In this document: positions 1-8,102 of the stretch, in pieces
Position numbering within the stretch: the stretch's first letter is position 1
Layout: each line of letters begins with the position of its first letter
IMG/VR virus record: IMGVR_UViG_3300043399_000272
Coordinates: 196,149 to 260,148 of that record
Reading direction: 5' to 3' (one strand)
Length of the DNA: 64,000 nt
Translations under genes and position numbers: made by a program
Notes under the pieces: model-generated
Databases searched by the model: none
The model's input: only the letters and a program-made list of their open reading frames with translations
Told to the model about the DNA's origin: nothing

Positions 1-1
1 A

Positions 2-166
2 ACTACAGACACAGATACAGTTGACAGGTGGTGTTACGAACATTTTGGTGAACAGGGTGACAAATGGGATGCTTGGTTCGCAGATGATAGTCTCTGGAAT
101 TATGACCAAATTTATGCTTTCGTTAACCACGAAGATGCAGTACTTTTTACTCTAACTTGGGTATGA
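2..166 (+). CDS. LRW-family small protein, partial (5' end outside window)
   Basis: Manual translation of frame 2 gives ...VDRWCYEHFGEQGDKW...AFVNHEDAVLFTLTWV*. The TGA overlaps the ATG at 163. Not in the ORF track. Confidence 0.8.
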   Translation, partial: TTDTDTVDRWCYEHFGEQGDKWDAWFADDSLWNYDQIYAFVNHEDAVLFTLTWV

Positions 167-396
167 GAAGATTACATTTTGATGGCTCTACTTGGCATGA
201 TACCAAACCCGGTTGGCATGAAATTGAATTGAATTTGAACGGTCAACCAAAACGCTATCGTGAAATACTAGAATGGCTGTATAATACTATAGACAAGCCG
301 GAAAGGCATTGTAGGTGGTTCCAAACGTCTGTTGGAATCAAAATTAAATTTAGGTACGAACGAGATTTTATTATCGCAACATTGAGGTGGACATGA
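163..396 (+). CDS. LRW-family small protein
   Basis: EWLYNTI...W...FRYERDFIIATLRWT; ATGA overlap with the upstream gene. Confidence 0.8.
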   Translation: MRRLHFDGSTWHDTKPGWHEIELNLNGQPKRYREILEWLYNTIDKPERHCRWFQTSVGIKIKFRYERDFIIATLRWT

Positions 397-746
397 GAGT
401 AGGTGTTTGGTATCGTACAGAATTACAACAACCCCCTAAGTCAGGTTACTACCTTAGCTACAGAGGATGGGGTATCGCTGGCAAGGCAGATGACGACAGC
501 GATTGGGGTTATGTCTATTACGATAAGAAAATAAATGAGTGGCGTGATTATCAAAATGTTAGCAGTAGCTATGCTATTGTCTATTACTGGACTGACGCTA
601 CGCCTGATGATTGGGTAAATCAAGACCCACCCGGTGTCACATTACATAAAGTAAAAGAAGAACACAATGTAGCACTGGAAGATGCGTGGAAGAAAGTTCA
701 GGAGGCAATCGACCAGTACAACATGATTAAAGAGTTGGTGCGATGA
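393..746 (+). CDS. hypothetical protein (not LRW family)
   Basis: ATG at 393 overlaps the upstream stop; GAGGTGG SD at 384-390. Confidence 0.75.
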   Translation: MRVGVWYRTELQQPPKSGYYLSYRGWGIAGKADDDSDWGYVYYDKKINEWRDYQNVSSSYAIVYYWTDATPDDWVNQDPPGVTLHKVKEEHNVALEDAWKKVQEAIDQYNMIKELVR

Positions 747-1117
747 CAATACAATTACACGACTATCAATTGTGCGTTTTAGAACACTTAAAGGGATGGA
801 AGCCGGGCGAAATGATGCTTATCTCTACTCCTAGACAAACTGGTAAAACTTATCTCAATCAATTATTCGGTAAAATGAGTAACAGACAAATTTTTATGAT
901 GGGACCAGAACCTAAGTATAAATTCAGTCGTGCCAACTGGTATCAAGCAGAATTTGACTGGCGAAAGTATGATGAAGTTGAAGAATGGTGCGAACAACAG
1001 TTTGGGCCGCACCCACAGAGACCAGATGCGTGGAGTCGCTGGTGGCATAAGTTTGAGAATAGCATTCTGTTCCGTGACGAAAAAGACTATGTATTGTTCA
1101 TGTTGAGGTGGTCGTGA
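743..1117 (+). CDS. LRW-family protein with an N-terminal terminase/helicase-like Walker A fragment
   Basis: N-term LHDYQ...ISTPRQTGKT; C-term EEWCEQQFG...FRDEKDYVLFMLRWS. Confidence 0.8.
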   Translation: MTIQLHDYQLCVLEHLKGWKPGEMMLISTPRQTGKTYLNQLFGKMSNRQIFMMGPEPKYKFSRANWYQAEFDWRKYDEVEEWCEQQFGPHPQRPDAWSRWWHKFENSILFRDEKDYVLFMLRWS

Positions 1118-1359
1118 TGTTTATTCACACATACCAACAACAGGAGGATTGGAGAGATCCCGTACCCTGGTTTGTTGCTGCATTTACGACACCTAAGGAA
1201 AATCGTAAAGAGATTACCAAATGGTGTTACAAAACTTTTGGTGCCCCTAGTATGAATCATCTTACTAAACAGATTCGTTGGAAAGATAGTATTCAATACG
1301 GTGAAATATATTTCAGTAATCAAAAAGACCTGGAGTGGTTTGTACTGAGGTGGTCATGA
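1117..1359 (+). CDS. LRW-family small protein
   Basis: KWCYKTFG...YFSNQKDLEWFVLRWS; TGATG overlap. Confidence 0.8.
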   Translation: MFIHTYQQQEDWRDPVPWFVAAFTTPKENRKEITKWCYKTFGAPSMNHLTKQIRWKDSIQYGEIYFSNQKDLEWFVLRWS

Positions 1360-1562
1360 CTATGCACAAAGTTGTTTATGCTCAAACTACAGATGGCACA
1401 CTGTCTGCGTATCAGCGTAGCTATAAAGACCACCTAGTAGACGAATGGCTTAAAGAATATTGTAAAGGCCCTTACTATCATAACCCGGGCTGGACTACAG
1501 AAAAGTTTATTGAGTTTGAACGCAATGAAGATGCGTTTTGGTTTGCGTTAAGGTGGTGTTGA
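1356..1562 (+). CDS. LRW-family small protein
   Basis: EWLKEYC...FERNEDAFWFALRWC. Confidence 0.8.
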   Translation: MTMHKVVYAQTTDGTLSAYQRSYKDHLVDEWLKEYCKGPYYHNPGWTTEKFIEFERNEDAFWFALRWC

Positions 1563-1804
1563 TGAATAACATTTCAGTTCATAATCTTATCGACAATCAT
1601 ATTATCAACTATCTTAGAGAGATTGATAAGCCCAGTAGAACATATTGGCCCTATCTAATTCAGCTAAAATCTTGGGCTGACGTAAGCCCTGCTGAAAGAT
1701 TCTGCTATACCCACTTCAAGAGTCGAAACTGGAGAAATATCAGCGCCGATTTTTATTTCAAACATAAAGAAGATTATGAATGGTTTATGTTAAGGTGGTC
1801 TTGA
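1562..1804 (+). CDS. LRW-family small protein
   Basis: RFCYTHF...W...FKHKEDYEWFMLRWS. Confidence 0.8.
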   Translation: MNNISVHNLIDNHIINYLREIDKPSRTYWPYLIQLKSWADVSPAERFCYTHFKSRNWRNISADFYFKHKEDYEWFMLRWS

Positions 1805-1983
1805 TGGAAACAAATATTGTATATAGAGCTATGGCAGCAGGCAACTGGGATGAAAAAGTCGAATGGTGCAGAGAAAACTTGTATCCTGGAGGACACTATG
1901 AACCAAAATGGTATATGCGTTATCCTTGGATAGAATTTGATGATGAAAAAGAATATATCTGGTTCAAGTTGAGGTGGGAATGA
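1804..1983 (+). CDS. LRW-family small protein
   Basis: EWCRENL...W...FDDEKEYIWFKLRWE. Confidence 0.8.
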   Translation: METNIVYRAMAAGNWDEKVEWCRENLYPGGHYEPKWYMRYPWIEFDDEKEYIWFKLRWE

Positions 1984-2180
1984 GCCTAATTGACGATATC
2001 GATGATTTGATGTGGCCAGTATTTGTCAAGTTTGATAAAGCATTGGTTCCTGACGAATGGTACGAACTAGATTGCTGGTGTAATCAGCAGTTTGGTAAAG
2101 ATGGTTGGTGGCTTGAGAAAGGTGTCATGCGTCTTAGAAAAGAAGAACATGCTACAATATTCTTACTAAGATGGGGTTAA
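1980..2180 (+). CDS. LRW-family small protein
   Basis: WCNQQFGKDGW...EEHATIFLLRWG. Confidence 0.8.
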   Translation: MSLIDDIDDLMWPVFVKFDKALVPDEWYELDCWCNQQFGKDGWWLEKGVMRLRKEEHATIFLLRWG

Positions 2181-2380
2181 TAGTTACAAAGTACATTTAT
2201 GAAAATTTTGATACCGACGCCGCGGTAGAGTGGGCCATAGAAAATTGTCCTAGTTTTGAAAAGTACATGATAATAGAACTAGACTGGGAAGAAAAAGAAG
2301 ATTTGGGTTGTTGGTTTAAATTTGAGGTATATTTTGGTGACGAAAAAGATGCAATGTTTTATTCATTGAGGTGGGCGTAA
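2171..2380 (+). CDS. LRW-family small protein
   Basis: EWAIENC...YFGDEKDAMFYSLRWA; start codon uncertain. Confidence 0.75.
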   Translation: MGLIVTKYIYENFDTDAAVEWAIENCPSFEKYMIIELDWEEKEDLGCWFKFEVYFGDEKDAMFYSLRWA

Positions 2381-2599
2381 TTGATTGAAGTGACATTAGA
2401 AGATAAATTACCTAGTGAGTTTTTAGAAATTGTTAGAGAAATTAAAGACAAAGGGTATGTTCAGGGAACTGACTTTGACTTTGCTTACCATCCACCCAAA
2501 TTTGATAACTTTTCAGGGGATGCAGTGTATAATAGATGCGTCATATTCAAATTTTATAAAGAAGAAATTGCAACATGGTTCAACCTAAAGTATCTTTGA
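2381..2599 (+). CDS. LRW-family small protein (divergent)
   Basis: TTG start after GAGGTGG; ends FYKEEIATWFNLKYL. Confidence 0.7.
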   Translation: MIEVTLEDKLPSEFLEIVREIKDKGYVQGTDFDFAYHPPKFDNFSGDAVYNRCVIFKFYKEEIATWFNLKYL

Positions 2600-2847
2600 T
2601 GGATGAAATAATCAAAGAAAAATTAGAAGAAATGGAAAAAAGTATAGACAACGATGTGATGAGGTCTTGTCTAGTCGAAGGTGGATGGACAGAAATTAAA
2701 TTTCATTATCACAGTGGTAAACACGCAGTTGATGTGTTAGAATGGTGCGGTGAAACGTTTAAAGAAAATCAATGGTCGAGACTGAATGGTTACTTTGTAT
2801 TTCGCAAGAAAAAAGATGCTGAATGGTTTATGTTAAGGTGGCTATGA
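2599..2847 (+). CDS. LRW-family small protein
   Basis: EWCGETF...W...FRKKKDAEWFMLRWL. Confidence 0.8.
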   Translation: MDEIIKEKLEEMEKSIDNDVMRSCLVEGGWTEIKFHYHSGKHAVDVLEWCGETFKENQWSRLNGYFVFRKKKDAEWFMLRWL

Positions 2848-3185
2848 AAATCATATGGGGAAGAAGCATAGGATGGAATATTTCCTATAATAATTACAGA
2901 AGCATACTGAAATACGCCGGCGATAATAATTTCGATATCACCCATAAAAATATTAAAATGGAATATACTATAATAGAAAACGGTGCAGACTGCTATCCCT
3001 GGATGGAATACTTTGCGATATTACCTAGAAAAACAGTGACAGGTAAACGCATATGGTGGCAGAAAGCATATAAGCGTAAAGTATGGGTAGTGTGGGGCAT
3101 AGGCTTTCACATGGAACCACATGTACAATATGCAACAGCCTTTGATTTGTTAATGTATGACAACAACTATAACACTAAAAGGTAA
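2844..3185 (+). CDS. hypothetical protein, partial paralog of 22390-22614
   Basis: WMEYFAILPRKTVTGKRIWWQKAYKR aligns with WEQWFAWYPVKVNGNRIWLKTVYRR. Confidence 0.7.
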   Translation: MKIIWGRSIGWNISYNNYRSILKYAGDNNFDITHKNIKMEYTIIENGADCYPWMEYFAILPRKTVTGKRIWWQKAYKRKVWVVWGIGFHMEPHVQYATAFDLLMYDNNYNTKR

Positions 3186-3378
3186 TTTAACTGGTGAACA
3201 AGAACAATGGCTCGCAAAGAATATCGGGCCTAGGATGCATTACATTCACAATAGTATAGGTGGTCAAGGTTGGATAGCAAGACACGAATGGAAACCTGGA
3301 ATGGTTTCTAAGTATTGGAATCTTTCTATTGAAGATGACCGTCTCGCTACATTTTTTGTACTGATGTTCCCGCAATGA
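3157..3378 (+). CDS. divergent LRW-family-like small protein
   Basis: QWLAKNIG...GW...IEDDRLATFFVLMF. Confidence 0.65.
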   Translation: MTTTITLKGNLTGEQEQWLAKNIGPRMHYIHNSIGGQGWIARHEWKPGMVSKYWNLSIEDDRLATFFVLMFPQ

Positions 3379-3719
3379 TAGAAAATCATCCTTTTAAAAT
3401 TACAGAGTACGACAGGTTTGTAACTGTGACTTGGCCTGCTTTTCATGACATACGAGACAAAATGACTAAAGTAAAATTAGTTGAGGCAGCATTTCAGCAA
3501 TCTAAAGCAGTTGAGGTCGGGTTTGTATTAGAACTCAATAACAAAGAATATGATATCATGTGGATCAATTCTTTTCTTAGTTTAACTCAAAATGATTATG
3601 TGCATTATGTACAAGACATGTATGTGATTAGAGGTGTTGCTTATAGAGATAAGCAAGACGCAGAAAAGTTATATAATTGGTTAGAAGGAAAGTATATATG
3701 GCAGCTATTAAAGGACTAG
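3375..3719 (+). CDS. hypothetical protein
   Basis: 114-aa ORF with ATGA overlap in the operon. Confidence 0.7.
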   Translation: MIENHPFKITEYDRFVTVTWPAFHDIRDKMTKVKLVEAAFQQSKAVEVGFVLELNNKEYDIMWINSFLSLTQNDYVHYVQDMYVIRGVAYRDKQDAEKLYNWLEGKYIWQLLKD

Positions 3720-3952
3720 GAAGTTTTCAACCAATGATTGAGTATGTTGATGTGGTTCGTAATAACACGGATTACACCTCAAAGAAAACGTATATCCCTA
3801 AGCCCAATGATTCAGATGAACACATTAGATGGTGCCGCAGAAATTTAGGAGCTAGGGGTGATGGTTGGGACTTTGCAGGTTCTGGTAAAACGTTGACTAT
3901 TTTTATTTGGTCACACAAATTGCAATTTATGTATGAAATGTGGCAACAATAG
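3677..3952 (+). CDS. divergent LRW-family-like small protein
   Basis: RWCRRNLGARGDGWDF...FMYEMW; the true start may be an internal ATG. Confidence 0.6.
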   Translation: MVRRKVYMAAIKGLGSFQPMIEYVDVVRNNTDYTSKKTYIPKPNDSDEHIRWCRRNLGARGDGWDFAGSGKTLTIFIWSHKLQFMYEMWQQ

Positions 3953-4776
3953 TGAAGAATAAAATAGGTATTGATATCGGCAAAACCAAAACTGAATGCT
4001 GTGTCATTTCACTTAACAACGAAGTGTTGTTTCGTGAAAGATTACCTACAGGTACCGTCTTTAATGAAATAAAAGAATTGTATCAAAAGGCTATCAAATA
4101 CACAGATACAACGAATCACACCATCGGTGTGTGTATGCCGGGAAAATTAAGCAACGTTAGTGGGTTAATGATTAATTCTAGTATTGAATTTTTGAATAAT
4201 ACTGACTTTGTAAAAAATCTACAACTTGTTTTAAACCATGATTTTAAAACAGCAAATGATTCACAATGTTTTGCATTAGCAGAAGCATTACTAGGGGCAG
4301 GGAAAAATTATAATATTGTTTATGGCTTAATATTGGGCACTGGCGTGGGCGGGGGCATCGTAATAAACGGTAGAAGTACACAAAGCGAGTTTGGTCACAC
4401 TAGTCTAGATAGTTCAAACAAAATACTATGTAGATGTAAGAGAATTGGTTGCGTTGAAACATGGCTCAGTGGCTCAGGTGTCGATGTATGGGCAAAAGAA
4501 TTGTTAGGGATCGATATGTCTACTGTAGACTATATGAAAGATCCCAAAGTAAAGCAGATATACTTTGAAAAGTTTGGATTAGCTCTATCTAATTTAATTC
4601 AAACAGTTAATCCAGAATGTATTGTAATCGGTGGTGGAATCAGTAATAATAGTGAAGTATATTCCGTAGGTGTAGAGCGCATCAAACAAAAGTTGTTTGA
4701 TGATGAATTGTCTATACCTGTAGTCAAAGCAGAACTAGGAGATAGTGCAGGCGTTATAGGTGCTGCACTTTTATAA
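3940..4776 (+). CDS. ROK family sugar kinase
   Basis: GIDIGKTK, NDSQCFALAE, LGTGVGGG, EFGH, CxCxxxGCVE zinc motif, IGGG, AGVIGAA. Confidence 0.9.
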   Translation: MATIVKNKIGIDIGKTKTECCVISLNNEVLFRERLPTGTVFNEIKELYQKAIKYTDTTNHTIGVCMPGKLSNVSGLMINSSIEFLNNTDFVKNLQLVLNHDFKTANDSQCFALAEALLGAGKNYNIVYGLILGTGVGGGIVINGRSTQSEFGHTSLDSSNKILCRCKRIGCVETWLSGSGVDVWAKELLGIDMSTVDYMKDPKVKQIYFEKFGLALSNLIQTVNPECIVIGGGISNNSEVYSVGVERIKQKLFDDELSIPVVKAELGDSAGVIGAALL

Positions 4777-4778
4777 TT

Positions 4779-5348
4779 ATGGCAAATGATATAATGATTG
4801 ACCTTGAAACACTTGACACGACACCGTATTGTGTAATTCTCACAATCGGTGCAGTCAGGTTCGATCCTAGAGGTCAAGGAGTGGTTGAACGATTAGAACT
4901 ACGTCCTACGATTGAGGATCAAACAGAAATTCATAATAGAATAATTGATGATGACACATTACGGTGGTGGTCTACACAGAGCCCTGATGCACTTGAAGAA
5001 GCATTGGGAGACAGGGGACGTACATCATTTAGAGAGTGCATGGAGGCCCTTTATAAGTTTTGTTGGAACCGTCGTGCTGTTTGGGCTAATGGTTCTGCAT
5101 TTGATATCGTAGCATGTGAAACAGGTATGCGTCAGACATTGACTGATTATCCTAATCCTATTCCGTGGCCATTCTGGACAGTTAGAGATACACGAACACT
5201 GTATGAAGTAGCAGGTGTTAGTTTGAAGGATAAGAAATACGGTAGCAAAACAACGCACAAAGCAGTCGAAGATGCAGAACACCAAGCGATTGTTGTGCAA
5301 GACGCATACATGAAATTGATGAAAGCAGGATTGGCAACACCGCGATGA
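4779..5348 (+). CDS. DEDDh 3'-5' exonuclease (phage type)
   Basis: MIDLETL, ANGSAFD, RDTRT, HKAVEDA. Confidence 0.85.
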   Translation: MANDIMIDLETLDTTPYCVILTIGAVRFDPRGQGVVERLELRPTIEDQTEIHNRIIDDDTLRWWSTQSPDALEEALGDRGRTSFRECMEALYKFCWNRRAVWANGSAFDIVACETGMRQTLTDYPNPIPWPFWTVRDTRTLYEVAGVSLKDKKYGSKTTHKAVEDAEHQAIVVQDAYMKLMKAGLATPR

Positions 5349-5806
5349 AAACATACGGTGAATTATTACCTGGCTTAAAGATCATTGAACATACAAAGTA
5401 CAATGATAATAGAGGTAATTTTTGTGAAACATGGAAGATAACAAATGATGGGATGCGAGGATCGTTCCGTCAATTGAACACTGCAACATCTAAACAAAAT
5501 GTCATTCGTGGTATGCACAGACAAGACCAATCTAAGTTGATTATGCCTGTTTATGGTAGAATATTTGACGTTGCACTAGAACCTGAAACTGGTAAGTGGT
5601 TTGCGATTGAATTAGACAACACCTCAGGTTTATTAGTACCACCAGAATACGCACACGGTTACATGACATTAACTGAAAACACGATAGTGCAGTATATTGT
5701 AGACATGCCCTATAATAAAGACGTTGAAGAAAATTTCAAATGGGATCAATATAACATCGCTTGGCCAATCGTTGTTACACCCATACTATCAGAGAAAGAC
5801 AAATGA
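5345..5806 (+). CDS. rmlC: dTDP-4-dehydrorhamnose 3,5-epimerase
   Basis: DNRGNFCETW, VIRGMH, GRIFDVA, VPPEYAHGY, W...ILSEKD. Confidence 0.88.
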   Translation: MKTYGELLPGLKIIEHTKYNDNRGNFCETWKITNDGMRGSFRQLNTATSKQNVIRGMHRQDQSKLIMPVYGRIFDVALEPETGKWFAIELDNTSGLLVPPEYAHGYMTLTENTIVQYIVDMPYNKDVEENFKWDQYNIAWPIVVTPILSEKDK

Positions 5807-6294
5807 AAGTAGGATTTAATTGTTCAAGTTTTGATTTGTTTCATGCTGGGCATGTTACCATGCTTAAAATGGAAAAAAAGTTATGTGACTATCTAATTGT
5901 TGCACTTCAAGTTGATCCTACTATTGATAGGCCTGGCATCAAAAATAAACCTACACAATCTGTCTATGAACGATACGTACAATTGCAGTCATGTAAATAT
6001 GTAGACGAGATACTAGTATATTCTACCGAATATGACCTACTTCAATTATTGATGACCCAAAAGATCGACATTCGTTTTTTGAGTGAAGAATATCTTAACA
6101 GAGATTTCACGGGCAAGCAATATTGCATTCAAAATGGAATCGAGTTATACTATCACAAACGTGAACATGATTATAGTTCAACCGAGTTGCGTAACAGAAT
6201 ATATATGTTAGAAAAACTCAAGCGTGAAACAACTCAACCAGAAACAGAGATACCGCAACACAGTCCTGAATTGGTTAAAAAGAATGAAATTTAA
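5803..6294 (+). CDS. glycerol-3-phosphate cytidylyltransferase-like (HxGH) protein
   Basis: FDLFHAGH, ER...CKYVDE, YSSTELR. Confidence 0.85.
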   Translation: MKVGFNCSSFDLFHAGHVTMLKMEKKLCDYLIVALQVDPTIDRPGIKNKPTQSVYERYVQLQSCKYVDEILVYSTEYDLLQLLMTQKIDIRFLSEEYLNRDFTGKQYCIQNGIELYYHKREHDYSSTELRNRIYMLEKLKRETTQPETEIPQHSPELVKKNEI

Positions 6295-6865
6295 TAGTGA
6301 CATTGACATTGATTTTAGTAACCGTGATGATATACTAAAGCATATCAGGCACATACCTGCAGCCATGCGTAATGTTAATCCAATTCGTAAACATGCGACT
6401 GGAATCTATGTGACAGACATTCCATATGATGCAGTGAATGACATGGCTAACATTGATTATGTAGAAGCAGAGGATCGTGGATATATTAAGTTAGATATGC
6501 TTAATGTGCATGTATATAATCAAGTCAAAGACGAAATGCACTTAATCGAGTTGATGCGTGAGCCTGACTGGAATAAGTTAAAAGATCGAGAATTTGTTGA
6601 AAAACTGATACACTTGTCAAATCACTACAATAGTCTTTGCAAAATGCCAGAACCAGTTGACAGTATTCCTAGACTAGCTATGTTTTTGGCTATTATTCGT
6701 CCAGGAAAAAAGCATTTAATTGGTCTGCCCTGGAAAGAAGTAGCTAAAACTGTATGGGAAAAAGGAAGTGACGGGTATAGCTTCAAAAAAGCACATGCAA
6801 TTGGGTATTCTTGGTTAGTAGCAGTTCATATGAACTTGCTTACAGAATCTTCTTCACAAGGGTAA
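6284..6865 (+). CDS. DNA polymerase III alpha (DnaE)-like C-terminal piece (palm plus partial fingers)
   Basis: SDIDIDF, KHATG, GYIKLDML, AIIRPG and GYSFKKAH match the DnaE motifs DxD, KHAGG, KxDxL, RPG and YxFNKSH. The start is placed at ATG 6284. Confidence 0.85.
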   Translation: MKFNSDIDIDFSNRDDILKHIRHIPAAMRNVNPIRKHATGIYVTDIPYDAVNDMANIDYVEAEDRGYIKLDMLNVHVYNQVKDEMHLIELMREPDWNKLKDREFVEKLIHLSNHYNSLCKMPEPVDSIPRLAMFLAIIRPGKKHLIGLPWKEVAKTVWEKGSDGYSFKKAHAIGYSWLVAVHMNLLTESSSQG

Positions 6866-7220
6866 TTGATTTTCTTTTAGATTTCTTTTTACTGAGTTCA
6901 AGCATACTACATATAGGTCCGTGTAATACTGTCAAACTCTTATTGTTAAATGTTCTTAAGTAGGGCTTAAAGATAGCCCAGTCTTCTTTTAGAAACATAT
7001 TAATGGGTACTAATCTGTTTGATTCCCACCACCAAACATCCCCTAATAACAAAAATTGCTCTCTTAACTCTTGTTGTGCTATAGATCCATAATCATATAT
7101 AGTGGTGACTAAATCATCACGGTTTTGTACTATACCAACATAATCTTGGCCAGCATAGGAACAAACGGTGATGAATGGGTGATTTTCTGTTAGTTTTTTA
7201 AAGAAATCGTTATGAAGCAT
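6840..7220 (-). CDS. hypothetical protein
   Basis: Clean ORF with GATAAATA upstream on the minus strand (7238-7245). Confidence 0.75.
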   Translation of the reverse strand: MLHNDFFKKLTENHPFITVCSYAGQDYVGIVQNRDDLVTTIYDYGSIAQQELREQFLLLGDVWWWESNRLVPINMFLKEDWAIFKPYLRTFNNKSLTVLHGPICSMLELSKKKSKRKSITLVKKIL

Positions 7221-7294
7221 AAAAATCAATTACCAAATATTTATCAAATCTCGTTACCCAATATATTTTTATAAATATATAAAAGGAGCAAACT

Positions 7295-8065
7295 GTGTAT
7301 TCAACAAGTGTTTATTTTTATATCCCAAGACAAACTGTTGTGGTTTACAGTGGCAATTCTACTAGGAGGTATGCGATTGTGTATGCTAAGAATCTAACAT
7401 TGAACAAGGGCGTGGATAATAAAATCCAATTTCAGTTCTTAAACCAAGAACAAAAACCATTTGATATTACAGGTAAGAGTATTACCTTTAGACTATTAGA
7501 TGAAAGTGGAAGTGAAATCTTATTGCAAAAAGGAGTATTACCTACACTAGCTTTAAAGGGAATATGTGAATTAACAACTACTGCAAGCGAAATTGAAGAT
7601 ATTAACCCACAGTATTGTTCATATAGTTTAGAAATCTCTGATAATGATTATGATCTTCCGGTATTTGTTAGTTCAGAAGCCTCTGCAAGAGGGGCAGTTA
7701 GTGTTGTAGACAGTGTGTTTCCTAGTTTTGTTCCTGCAATAAATGTAGAAATCCCCACACATTTGTTGCCTAATACTATCGCTAATACAAGCACTGTAAA
7801 TTATTCAACTAGCATTATTAACACCAAAGATAATCCTATGCTAAGTATTCAGTGCTATCTTGACAGCTATAGTGGTACTGTCGAGATATATGGATCCACT
7901 ATTTATAGCCCGGATTTGTCTGCAATAGGATATCAAATATCCAATAATGGTCCTTATACCACTGAATCTGGTTCTAAAGGCTATAGTATTTCAGGATATC
8001 ACCCGTATGTGCAATTAAAATTTACCAGCACTGAGGGTAATGTCACCAAAGTATTAGCCAGATAA
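7295..8065 (+). CDS. putative virion/baseplate protein
   Basis: TATAAATA at 7270 plus AAGGAG SD; beta-rich composition. Confidence 0.6.
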   Translation: MYSTSVYFYIPRQTVVVYSGNSTRRYAIVYAKNLTLNKGVDNKIQFQFLNQEQKPFDITGKSITFRLLDESGSEILLQKGVLPTLALKGICELTTTASEIEDINPQYCSYSLEISDNDYDLPVFVSSEASARGAVSVVDSVFPSFVPAINVEIPTHLLPNTIANTSTVNYSTSIINTKDNPMLSIQCYLDSYSGTVEIYGSTIYSPDLSAIGYQISNNGPYTTESGSKGYSISGYHPYVQLKFTSTEGNVTKVLAR

Positions 8066-8067
8066 TA

Positions 8068-8096
8068 TTGATTTATTCTAGTAAGAAGTATACAAT
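8068..8096 (+). promoter_or_regulatory. sigma70-like promoter of the primase gene (predicted leaderless)
   Basis: TTGATT-17 nt-TACAAT; ATG 7 nt after the -10; no SD. Confidence 0.6.
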
Positions 8097-8102
8097 ATAA
8101 GA

